Below are positions 56,193 through 64,000 of a DNA stretch of 64,000 nucleotides, one piece after another (position 1 is the first letter of the stretch; every line of letters begins with the position of its first letter). The stretch spans positions 41,698-105,697 of the forward strand of contig CAZGOG010000002.1 of assembly GCA_964527555.1 (NCBI GenBank), written 5' to 3'. This stretch comes from an uncultured Planctomycetia bacterium. Lineage in GTDB: Bacteria > Omnitrophota > Gorgyraeia > Tantalellales > Tantalellaceae. Both the position numbers and the translations under genes were made by a program. The notes below the pieces were generated by a model. The model searched no databases, was not told the origin of the DNA, and saw only the letters and a program-made list of their open reading frames with translations.

Positions 56193-57909
56193 CTAAAAGC
56201 CCCATCTCTTTTGCTTTTTTGAAAACCTTGCTTGCTGTCTCGGCCGCGTAGTATCCGCCTTTACCGCCGTACTCGTCAAAAACTAAAACCGTTATTTTCG
56301 CGTCTTCATACGGGGCAAACCCCGCAAACCACCCGTGAGTCTTGTTCTTTGAGGTCTGGGCGGTCCCCGTCTTGCCGGCAACCGTGACATTACCCAGCTT
56401 CGCTTTCATCCCCGTTCCCCTGGGATCGTTTACGACCTTATTAAGACCCTCCCTTACGGCTTCGAGAGAATCATCAGATATCGCAAGATCCGTTTTCTCA
56501 ACCGTCTCCACGGGTATGTCCCCCACCCTGCTTACAAGATATGGTTTAACCAGGTACCCGCCGTTAGCAAAAACGGACATCATCCTGGCTATCTGGATGG
56601 GAGAGCATAAAAGGTACCCCTGCCCGATGGAATAATTTATCGTGTCACCCTGGTACCAGCTTTCATTAAAACGTTTTTTCTTCCAGGAGGGCGTCGGCAG
56701 CACCCCCGCATTTTCACCCGGAAGGTCTATCCCCGTAAGCGAACCAAGACCGAATTTCCCGGCGGATCTGGAGAGGCGTTCCACCCCGAGGAGCCGTCCC
56801 AAGTTAAAGAAATATACGTTGCATGAGTTCTTTATCCCGTCCTCAAGCGCCTGGAGGCCATGGCCGTCTTTCCTCCAGCAGTTGAATACTATGCGTCCCA
56901 AGGCAAAATAACCCGGACAGTTGAAAGAGGTCGCCTCAGTTATCACTCCCGTCTCAAGCGCGGCTGTTGCGGTTACAACTTTAAAAACCGAACCGGGAGG
57001 ATAAACTCCGGATATGGCCCTGTTAAGCAAAGGATAATTTTTGTCTTTTAAGAGGCTTGCCACTTCGCTCGCATTTGAGGAATCTATAAAGACAGACGGG
57101 TCGTAGGAAGGCGCGTTAGCCATGACAAGCACCGCTCCGGTATTCGGGTCCATGACTATGATAGATCCGCGTTTTTCCTTAAGAAGCCCGTCGCAAAATT
57201 CCTGAAGCTCGATGTCTATGGTGAGATATACGTCCCTGCCGCTACCGGGCTCCTTGAAACCCAAAGTCGAGACTTCACGCCCGAAGTGGTCGACCTCGAC
57301 CTGTTTACCTCCATGCGTGCCTCTAAGATAATCATCATAGTACTTCTCGATCCCGTCTCTTCCTACCATATCGTTTATTCTGTAACCGTAATGCTTAAGT
57401 TTGTCGAATTCCGAACGGTTTATAAAGCCCAGATATCCCAGGACATTCGACGCCGTCATCCCGCGCGTATACTCGCGTTTAGCGGATACCTCCAAAAGAA
57501 GCCCCGGATAATCCATCGCTATCTCTTCCAGGGGTATGGCCTTCTCTATGCCTATATCCCGGGCGACGCACGTAAGCGAATACGGCTGCTTCCTGCTTTT
57601 CATTACGTTCTCGCGAACAGTCTCTTTAGGAAGAGCCAGAACAGAACTTAGAACATTTATCAAAGAATCGACGTCTTTGATCTTGTTGTACAAAACGCAG
57701 GCATTAAACGAAAGGATGTCTTTGACTAAAACCTCTCCGCGTCTGTCAAAAATACAGCCGCGGGGCGCCATTAGGGGGACTATCTTAAGGCGGTTCTCTT
57801 CCGAGAGAAGCCTGTACCTCTCATGCATGGTGATCTGGATATACCCCAGACCCGTCAGGAGCATGAGAAGCGCAATGATGAGCACAAGCGCGAAAATTTT
57901 TGTTCTCAT
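56185..57909 (-). CDS. mrdA: Penicillin-binding protein 2 (elongasome transpeptidase)
   Basis: 574 aa. N-terminal TM, PBP dimerisation domain, transpeptidase motifs (SVFK = SxxK, SCN, KTGTA). mreBCD-mrdA-rodA synteny. Confidence 0.9.
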   Translation of the reverse strand: MRTKIFALVLIIALLMLLTGLGYIQITMHERYRLLSEENRLKIVPLMAPRGCIFDRRGEVLVKDILSFNACVLYNKIKDVDSLINVLSSVLALPKETVRENVMKSRKQPYSLTCVARDIGIEKAIPLEEIAMDYPGLLLEVSAKREYTRGMTASNVLGYLGFINRSEFDKLKHYGYRINDMVGRDGIEKYYDDYLRGTHGGKQVEVDHFGREVSTLGFKEPGSGRDVYLTIDIELQEFCDGLLKEKRGSIIVMDPNTGAVLVMANAPSYDPSVFIDSSNASEVASLLKDKNYPLLNRAISGVYPPGSVFKVVTATAALETGVITEATSFNCPGYFALGRIVFNCWRKDGHGLQALEDGIKNSCNVYFFNLGRLLGVERLSRSAGKFGLGSLTGIDLPGENAGVLPTPSWKKKRFNESWYQGDTINYSIGQGYLLCSPIQIARMMSVFANGGYLVKPYLVSRVGDIPVETVEKTDLAISDDSLEAVREGLNKVVNDPRGTGMKAKLGNVTVAGKTGTAQTSKNKTHGWFAGFAPYEDAKITVLVFDEYGGKGGYYAAETASKVFKKAKEMGLLDG

Positions 57910-57918
57910 GAGATTTTT

Positions 57919-58395
57919 CTATTCTTCTAAACGCAATAATCCCTTGACGGCAGCGTATGCAAACGGACAGATAAAAATAGTCGCGGCCATATGTCTCCAG
58001 TTAGCCGACACGGCAGAGGAAAAAGCTATATTGCTGTCGCCCGTAACGTTCAGATAAAACGTATGAGACCCCAACACTACAGCGAACGCGATCGTCGTAA
58101 TAAAAATCTGCGCGGCGGGATTCTGGCGGTAGAACATCTTGGCCAGCATCGAAGAGAGGGCTGAGACCGCCGGGAAAAGCAGAATATCTACGCCAAGCGT
58201 GCCGAGTGAAAAACATCCTCTTAAGAAACCCGCCACAAACGAGAAAACGATGCTTTCGCCTACCCTGCGGAAGATGCTCACGAAAACAACCATAAGCAGT
58301 ACGAGGTCGGGAAACCAGCTGAGCCGCATCATCAGGACAACCTGGGCTGCGACACCTAAGACTAAAAGGATATATAGAAAAAGACGTGTTTTCAT
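57919..58395 (-). CDS. mreD: Rod shape-determining protein MreD
   Basis: 158 aa polytopic membrane protein immediately downstream of mreC. Confidence 0.75.
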   Translation of the reverse strand: MKTRLFLYILLVLGVAAQVVLMMRLSWFPDLVLLMVVFVSIFRRVGESIVFSFVAGFLRGCFSLGTLGVDILLFPAVSALSSMLAKMFYRQNPAAQIFITTIAFAVVLGSHTFYLNVTGDSNIAFSSAVSANWRHMAATIFICPFAYAAVKGLLRLEE

Positions 58396-58458
58396 GCTGC
58401 AAAAAACCGTTTACATTTCAATCCAGTCCGTATCATTACCGGAGGCGCGGAATCCGAT

Positions 58459-59235
58459 CTATTTAATGCACAAAACTTCTTCCTGATCAAGAGAATTTGC
58501 GGAGGGTTTAATCAGCGCGCTTTTATAAAGTCCCGTTTTGCTTTTTTCGACGGCAACGATCCTTCCCACAGTTATCCCCTTCGGGAATACCCGGCTGTAG
58601 CTGGAGGTGACGACAACCGCGCCTTCTTTCACCTCGGCATCTATCGGTATATAAAGCATCCTGGCCATACCCCTGGAAGATCCCACCACGACACCGTTCG
58701 TCCGCATATCCTCAAGGGCTGCCCCGGTTTTGAAGCTGGGGTGAGTGAGAAGCATCACGCTGCTGGTCCTGTCGCCAGTGTCAACTACTTTACCAAGAAG
58801 ACCTTCCGCGGAACATACCGCGGAACCCTTCTCCACGCCGTCCAGGCTGCCCTTGTCTATCACAAACGACCCTACCCAGTCATTGGGGTCCCTGGCGATA
58901 ATCTCGGCGGAGATCGTTTCAAAACCTATTCTTTTTTTGAATTTCAGAAGTTCGCGGAGCCGTTCGTTCTCCTTCTTTATGTACATAAGCTGATCGCGTT
59001 CCAGAGAAAGCTCCGCTACCTTCTCGATCAAGGCTTTGTTCTGGCTGGCGAGCTCACTCTTGGAACGGATAGGCTGAGAAAGCTGCCGGAACCATTCCAC
59101 AGGAAAAGAAAGCACTTTAATAGAAATGTTTTTAGCGCTTTGGGAGACGGACGGGATGAAAATAAAAAGGGACACTAATGCAAGGAAGCATATGAGAAGT
59201 ATCCAGTATCTTTTTTTGGTGAAGAGTTTAAGCAC
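58459..59235 (-). CDS. mreC: Rod shape-determining protein MreC
   Basis: 258 aa. N-terminal TM, coiled coil, beta-rich periplasmic domain. Between mreB and mreD. Confidence 0.85.
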   Translation of the reverse strand: MLKLFTKKRYWILLICFLALVSLFIFIPSVSQSAKNISIKVLSFPVEWFRQLSQPIRSKSELASQNKALIEKVAELSLERDQLMYIKKENERLRELLKFKKRIGFETISAEIIARDPNDWVGSFVIDKGSLDGVEKGSAVCSAEGLLGKVVDTGDRTSSVMLLTHPSFKTGAALEDMRTNGVVVGSSRGMARMLYIPIDAEVKEGAVVVTSSYSRVFPKGITVGRIVAVEKSKTGLYKSALIKPSANSLDQEEVLCIK

Positions 59236-59251
59236 ATCAAACAGCTAACGC

Positions 59252-60313
59252 TTATTTCTGAAGTCTGGGCGCTACAGTCAGCCTCTTAAGGTATTTCAGC
59301 TCGCTTAATACCTTCCCCGTTCCCAGCGCCACAGCCGTTAAGGGATCATCCGCAAGATGAACAGGCAGGCCCGTCTCCTCGGAGACAAGTTTATCTAACC
59401 CTCTAAGAAGAGATCCGCCGCCGGCAAGTATAAGCCCTTTTTCTATGAGATCCGCGGAGAGCTCCGGAGGCGTCCTCTCCAGCGTTATCCTTACAGCTTC
59501 GATTATCTGGGCAATTGGCTCAGACAGAGCTTCACGGACTTCTTCGCTGGTTATGGTGATCATTTTGGGCAGTCCCGCGACAAGATCCCGGCCGCGCACT
59601 TCCATGGTGATCTCTTCCTCCATGGGATAACCGGACCCTATTCTTATCTTGATCTCCTCGGCGGTTCTTTCCCCTATCATAAGATTATATGTCCTTTTAA
59701 GGTAATTTATTATCGCCTCGTCCATCTCATCGCCGCCTATACGGATAGATTTTGAAAAAACGACGCCTGCTAAGGATATTACCGCCATCTCCGTGGTCCC
59801 GCCTCCTATATCTATCACCATGTTGCCCGAGGGTTCCTGTATGGGCAGGCCCACCCCGATGGAAGCTGCAACGGGTTCTTCCAGCATGTACACTTCTCTG
59901 GCTCCCGCATGAAGAGCGGAATCTTTAACGGCGCGTTTCTCGACTTCCGTGATACCCGAAGGAATGGCTATGACAACCCGCGGGCGGACCAGCCTGCGGG
60001 AATTGTGGACTTTCTTTATGAAGTACCTCAGCATACTTTCAGTTATATCGAAATCGGCGATGACACCGTCCCTCATGGGTCTGATGGCCACGATATTGCC
60101 GGGAGTCCTGCCGAGCATGCGTTTAGCTTCTTCTCCGACAGCCAATACGTTCGAAGTGCCGGCTTCGATCGCTACGACCGACGGCTCGCAAAGTACAATA
60201 CCCTCATTTTTTAAATATACAAGTGTGGAGGCAGTACCGAGGTCTATTCCCATATCGCTGGAGAATAAACCGAGGAAGTTATCGAAATATCTTGATAGTT
60301 TGTCGAATATCAT
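59252..60313 (-). CDS. mreB: Rod shape-determining protein MreB (actin homologue)
   Basis: 353 aa. [12 protein letters not shown] phosphate-1 motif, IDIGGGTTE phosphate-2 motif. The first ~14 codons may be upstream of the true start. Confidence 0.95.
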   Translation of the reverse strand: MIFDKLSRYFDNFLGLFSSDMGIDLGTASTLVYLKNEGIVLCEPSVVAIEAGTSNVLAVGEEAKRMLGRTPGNIVAIRPMRDGVIADFDITESMLRYFIKKVHNSRRLVRPRVVIAIPSGITEVEKRAVKDSALHAGAREVYMLEEPVAASIGVGLPIQEPSGNMVIDIGGGTTEMAVISLAGVVFSKSIRIGGDEMDEAIINYLKRTYNLMIGERTAEEIKIRIGSGYPMEEEITMEVRGRDLVAGLPKMITITSEEVREALSEPIAQIIEAVRITLERTPPELSADLIEKGLILAGGGSLLRGLDKLVSEETGLPVHLADDPLTAVALGTGKVLSELKYLKRLTVAPRLQK

Positions 60314-60485
60314 TTTTAGAGTGCGATTCCTTTTAGGTTAATAATATTATATAAACATTATAAAGAACACCCGACTTATTAAAACGTTAAGATAGTAACA
60401 AATAATAATATCTTTGTCAATTTCTTTTTATGTTTTTATTGCAGGGGTATTTATAATTTTGAGTACGTACTAAAAACCTTAAAGA

Positions 60486-61781
60486 TTACCCGGTTGTCTT
60501 CTCGAGGTCCTCTAAAAAGTGCGGATACGAAGTGTCCGCGCAGGATGTATCCCTGATAACGCAGGGTTTCCTGAAAGCCAAGGCTGCTATAGCCATGCTC
60601 ATGGCAATGCGGTGATCCCCGAAACTATCCAGATCCTCATTCTTTATGCTCTTCGCGCCTCCCTGTATCAAGAGGGCGCCCCTCTCTTCTTTAGCGTCCA
60701 GGCCCATACGCGAAAAGTTGTCCAAGACGCTCCTCACCCTGTCAGTCTCCTTCACCTTCAGTTCCTTTATTCCGCTAATCACGGTAACGCCCTCGGCCAT
60801 GCTGGAGGCGACCGCCAGGATGGGGATCTCGTCTATTAATAAGGGCACCTCTTCTTCGCCGATAGTGGCAGCTTTTAGCTTTGAATATTTTACTTCCACA
60901 TCACCCGCAGGCTCGAGACCATCACGCTTATCGAGTATTACAATAGAGCCGCCCATCCTCTTAAGAACATCGATAATACCGGTTCTGGTAGGATTTAACC
61001 CGACATTGCGCACAACAAGATGAGAGCCTTCGGTGATAAGCGCCCCTACAATAAAGAAAGCAGCGCTCGATATATCAGAGGGTATCTCTATATCCCTCGG
61101 GATAAGCCTGCATCCTCCCTCTATCCGGGTCAGGAGCCCTTTTCTTTCGATCGGTGCGCCAAAATATTCCAGCATCCGTTCGGTGTGATCTCTTGACTGA
61201 AAAGGTTCGGTAAGGGAAGTGGTGCCCGATGCATAGAGTCCCGCCGCAAGAACGCATGACTTCACCTGAGCGCTTGCGACAGGAGAGATATAATCTATCG
61301 GGGAAAGGGGGCTCTTCCTTCCCTTTATCTCTAAAGGAGCGTGACCCGCCTCTATTCCCAGCGACTTTATCTCTGCTCCCATACGTAAAAGCGGCTCGAT
61401 TATCCTTCCCATCGGGCGGCGTGAAAGAGATTCATCCCCGGTCAAAACGCTGGTAAAACTCTGCCCTGAAAGTATCCCCGCTATTATACGCATGGTCGTG
61501 CCGGAATTTCCCAGATAAAGCTCGCCTTCGGGGCTCTTAAGGCCCTTTAGTCCCTTGCCATGCACCGTGACCGCATCGGTTGAAGCCGTTATCTCTACGC
61601 CCATGGCACGAAAAGCCTCCAGAGTCCTCATACAGTCCTCACCAAAAAGAAAATTGCGTATAGTGCACTTTCCGTTTGCTATCGAACTGAACATTATGGC
61701 TCTATGCGAAATACTTTTATCGGCGGGTACGGTAAGCTCTCCCTTTAAAGTGCCTTTGATTTTTTTTATGTTCCAGTCCAT
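60486..61781 (-). CDS. aroA: 3-phosphoshikimate 1-carboxyvinyltransferase (EPSP synthase)
   Basis: 431 aa. LTVPADKSISHRAIMFSSIANG N-terminus and EPT-family fold. Confidence 0.9.
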   Translation of the reverse strand: MDWNIKKIKGTLKGELTVPADKSISHRAIMFSSIANGKCTIRNFLFGEDCMRTLEAFRAMGVEITASTDAVTVHGKGLKGLKSPEGELYLGNSGTTMRIIAGILSGQSFTSVLTGDESLSRRPMGRIIEPLLRMGAEIKSLGIEAGHAPLEIKGRKSPLSPIDYISPVASAQVKSCVLAAGLYASGTTSLTEPFQSRDHTERMLEYFGAPIERKGLLTRIEGGCRLIPRDIEIPSDISSAAFFIVGALITEGSHLVVRNVGLNPTRTGIIDVLKRMGGSIVILDKRDGLEPAGDVEVKYSKLKAATIGEEEVPLLIDEIPILAVASSMAEGVTVISGIKELKVKETDRVRSVLDNFSRMGLDAKEERGALLIQGGAKSIKNEDLDSFGDHRIAMSMAIAALAFRKPCVIRDTSCADTSYPHFLEDLEKTTG

Positions 61782-61809
61782 CTCTTCCGGCTCCTTGAAT
61801 TATCTTTGA

Positions 61810-62721
61810 CTACGCTTTATCGATCCCGGCAATAAACAGTTTGATGTCCTCTGGCACCGGTGCATGAAACTCCACATACCTGCCCGTATCGGGATGGGTG
61901 AAGCCCAGCATCTCCGCATGAAGCGCCTGTCGGTCTATTCCGCTATTTTCCCCGCCGTACTTGGCGTCTCCGAGGACGGGATGCCCCAGGTGTTTCATGT
62001 GCACACGTATCTGATGAGTCCTGCCCGTCTCCAGATCCAGTCTCACCAGTGTGGCATTTTTGAACCGGCGCACTACATGATAAATCGTACGCGCGCCCTT
62101 GCCTTCCGCATAGTTGATATCTATCTTTTTTCTGTCTACTACGTGTCTGGCCAAAGGCGCTTCGATGACCCCGTTATCCATCTGAAGACGCCCTTTTACC
62201 AGAGCTGTATAACTTTTTTTTACGGCCCGCTTCTGAAACTGTTTCGCAAGTGACCGGAGTGCACGCGCGCGCTTGGCGACTACCATGACGCCTGAAGTAT
62301 CCTTATCGAGGCGGTGAACGATACCGGGCCTGAGTTCATTATCCGTCTGGGGCAGTTTTCCGCAATGGTGAAGAAGCGCAGCTACCAAAGTTCCCTTCCT
62401 GTTCCCGGCAGCGGGATGGACGACCATACCGGCCGGTTTATTCACGACGATGAGCCATTCATCCTCATAAATTATATCTAACGGGATATCTTCCGGTTCG
62501 ATATCACTGGCCTCAGCCGGAAGCATTTTAATCACGACTTTATCGTCAGGCGAAGCGATATAACTGGCTTTGACTCTTCCGCCGTTGACAAGGACAAGCC
62601 CGCTATCTATCAGCATCTTTACGCAGGTACGCGAATATCCCTCTCCCAGCTTAAGCGCCAGGTATTTATCGATGCGCCCGGCGGCATCTTCCGCACTTAC
62701 TGTAAACTGTCGCTCCTCCAC
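61810..62721 (-). CDS. rluD: RluA-family 23S rRNA pseudouridine synthase (RluD-like, S4 domain)
   Basis: 303 aa. N-terminal S4 domain (GRIDKYLALKL...SRTCVKMLIDSGLVLVNG), catalytic HRLDKDTSGVMVVAK motif. Confidence 0.85.
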   Translation of the reverse strand: MEERQFTVSAEDAAGRIDKYLALKLGEGYSRTCVKMLIDSGLVLVNGGRVKASYIASPDDKVVIKMLPAEASDIEPEDIPLDIIYEDEWLIVVNKPAGMVVHPAAGNRKGTLVAALLHHCGKLPQTDNELRPGIVHRLDKDTSGVMVVAKRARALRSLAKQFQKRAVKKSYTALVKGRLQMDNGVIEAPLARHVVDRKKIDINYAEGKGARTIYHVVRRFKNATLVRLDLETGRTHQIRVHMKHLGHPVLGDAKYGGENSGIDRQALHAEMLGFTHPDTGRYVEFHAPVPEDIKLFIAGIDKA

Positions 62722-63470
62722 ATTTTCTCCGCTTTTCTGGAACGCACTTTCAATATAAAATACAGTACTGATGCTCCTGCGAACATGACCAGACTGATGA
62801 TCTGAGAAAGCTTCATGCCGAAAACAAACATGTAGATATCGCCCCTGGTAAAATCCATAAAAAACCTGAAGACGGAGTACAGGATCATGTAAGCGCAGAA
62901 AATATACCCGTCAAAAGGACGCTTCCCCCTCATCTCGATAAGAAGTACAAAAATGAGAAGAAGAATAAAGCTCGAATAGATCTGCGTCGGTATCCTCGTG
63001 ACAGGTTCATACGGGAACGTGACTAAAAGGCCGCTCTCAGCTACCCGTCCGTAACAGCAGCCGTTCAAGAAACACCCTATCCGGCCCAAAGACTGGGCTA
63101 AGGCTATGTACGGAGCCACAAGATCCGCGGCTTTTAAAAAAGGAATTTTTTTTGCGCGTGCCCATAAAATACCTGCGATCACCGCCATCACAAAAGCGCC
63201 CTGGTAAGCCAGTCCCCCCTCATAAAACATGAAAGCTCTAAGCGGGTATTCCAGATAATACCTGTAGTTGATGATCACGAATAAAAGCCTGCCGCCTACC
63301 AGGCCCCCTGCGAGTATCGCGATCATGCAGTCGAACATCTTCTCCGGAGCTATACCGAACTTTCTGGAGTCCTTAAGTATAAGTATAGTAGAAAGCAAAA
63401 AACCTATGGCCACAAAAAGACCATAGGAATAAATAGTGACCGGTCCCGCCTGAAAGATTATCCTGTGCAT
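62697..63470 (-). CDS. lgt: Prolipoprotein diacylglyceryl transferase
   Basis: 257 aa. YGLFVAIGFLL N-terminus and Lgt signature region (GRIGCFLNGCCYGR). Confidence 0.9.
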   Translation of the reverse strand: MHRIIFQAGPVTIYSYGLFVAIGFLLSTILILKDSRKFGIAPEKMFDCMIAILAGGLVGGRLLFVIINYRYYLEYPLRAFMFYEGGLAYQGAFVMAVIAGILWARAKKIPFLKAADLVAPYIALAQSLGRIGCFLNGCCYGRVAESGLLVTFPYEPVTRIPTQIYSSFILLLIFVLLIEMRGKRPFDGYIFCAYMILYSVFRFFMDFTRGDIYMFVFGMKLSQIISLVMFAGASVLYFILKVRSRKAEKMWRSDSLQ

Positions 63471-63476
63471 TATCTC

Positions 63477-63965
63477 TTATCCTACCCTTTTGACCCTGGC
63501 TGCCCTGAGTATGGCCCACGCCAGCATAAACGCACCTATCGTGATGAAACTGTCGGCAAGATTAAAAACAGGCCATATCCTAAAATCCAAAAAGTCCACC
63601 ACGTATCCCAAACGCACTCTGTCGATAAGATTGCCTAAAGTACCCCCCATTATGAAACAAAGCGCGACTTTCTCTACAGCGTTTAATATCCGGTCTTTCT
63701 GCAACAAAAAATAATTTATGACAGCTATTGCAAAGATAGAGACTATGATGAATAAATAGCTGTGGCGTCCGAGCATCCCGAAAGCGGCGCCGGTGTTATG
63801 TACAAGCGTTAGATGAAAGATGTCCCTGATTATCGGAATACTGGAACCCTGAAGAATATAATTCTGGATGCAGAGTTTCGATACTTGATCCAGAAACAAT
63901 ATGAAAGCTGCGATAAAATAACACAATGTTATCTGCCTGCGGATTTTTCCTCTTCCTCCTGGCAC
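63477..63965 (-). CDS. lspA: Lipoprotein signal peptidase II
   Basis: 162 aa. LDQVSK, NTGAAFGM, FNLADS motifs (LspA). The reading frame stays open upstream to the window edge (GTG start at 63965 is uncertain). Confidence 0.85.
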   Translation of the reverse strand: MPGGRGKIRRQITLCYFIAAFILFLDQVSKLCIQNYILQGSSIPIIRDIFHLTLVHNTGAAFGMLGRHSYLFIIVSIFAIAVINYFLLQKDRILNAVEKVALCFIMGGTLGNLIDRVRLGYVVDFLDFRIWPVFNLADSFITIGAFMLAWAILRAARVKRVG

Positions 63966-64000
63966 GGTATACAGCGCGTTGCCTGCGGCATAACCTTTAG

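Noticed and set aside
1-64000. CRISPR arrays, tRNA/rRNA genes, transposases/integrases, toxin-antitoxin pairs
   Set aside because: No direct-repeat/spacer arrays, no cloverleaf-compatible conserved tRNA stretches in the short intergenic gaps, and no ORFs with DDE/tyrosine-recombinase motifs were seen. The only repeated DNA is the 123-bp family reported above.
63966-64000. Open reading frame continuing upstream of lspA to the window edge (possible ileS 3' end by ileS-lspA synteny)
   Set aside because: Only ~12 codons are visible (…KGYAAGNALYTV). This is insufficient to identify, and it may simply be an lspA 5' extension.

Overview
This is a bacterial chromosomal segment of about 64 kb. Every confident gene lies on the minus strand; I count about 60 (63 CDS features listed below, including two hypothetical and one partial). 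Most of the content is conserved housekeeping operons. These are rnhB'-rplS-trmD-rpsP, murA-prmC-prfA, rpmE, rho-coaE-polA, tsaD-yibQ-ctpA, gatCAB, the surA-pdxA-ksgA block with mfd and argS, rsfS-nadD-proAB-obg-rpmA-rplU, rodA-mrdA-mreDCB, and aroA-rluD-lgt-lspA. Two features point to a diderm (outer-membrane) envelope: a secretin (PilQ) and SurA-type periplasmic chaperones. The main accessory content is a large type IV pilus (T4P) locus around positions 31.2-53.0 kb. It encodes a PilX-like protein, a 761-aa giant prepilin, a PilV-like minor pilin, pilMNOPQ, a TMTC/GT39-like TPR membrane protein, two tandem major pilins, pilC, two PilB/GspE-family ATPases, a standalone MshEN domain protein, pilT and a degenerate-GGDEF sensor. 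This locus is interleaved with the conserved radical-SAM / DUF2344 / RNase G module. Four copies of a 123-bp highly structured repeat (nested hairpins) sit in intergenic gaps, and two of them contribute start or stop codons to flanking genes. Other notable items are a pair of adjacent excisionase-type HTH proteins (one fused to a bactofilin polymer domain, one membrane-anchored), an Mfd homologue truncated at both ends, and an unannotated 47-aa zinc-ribbon gene between nadD and rsfS. No rRNA, tRNA, CRISPR or obvious transposase was found. ORF-track coordinates include the stop codon, and several starts were trimmed to internal Met codons on alignment or ribosome-binding-site grounds.
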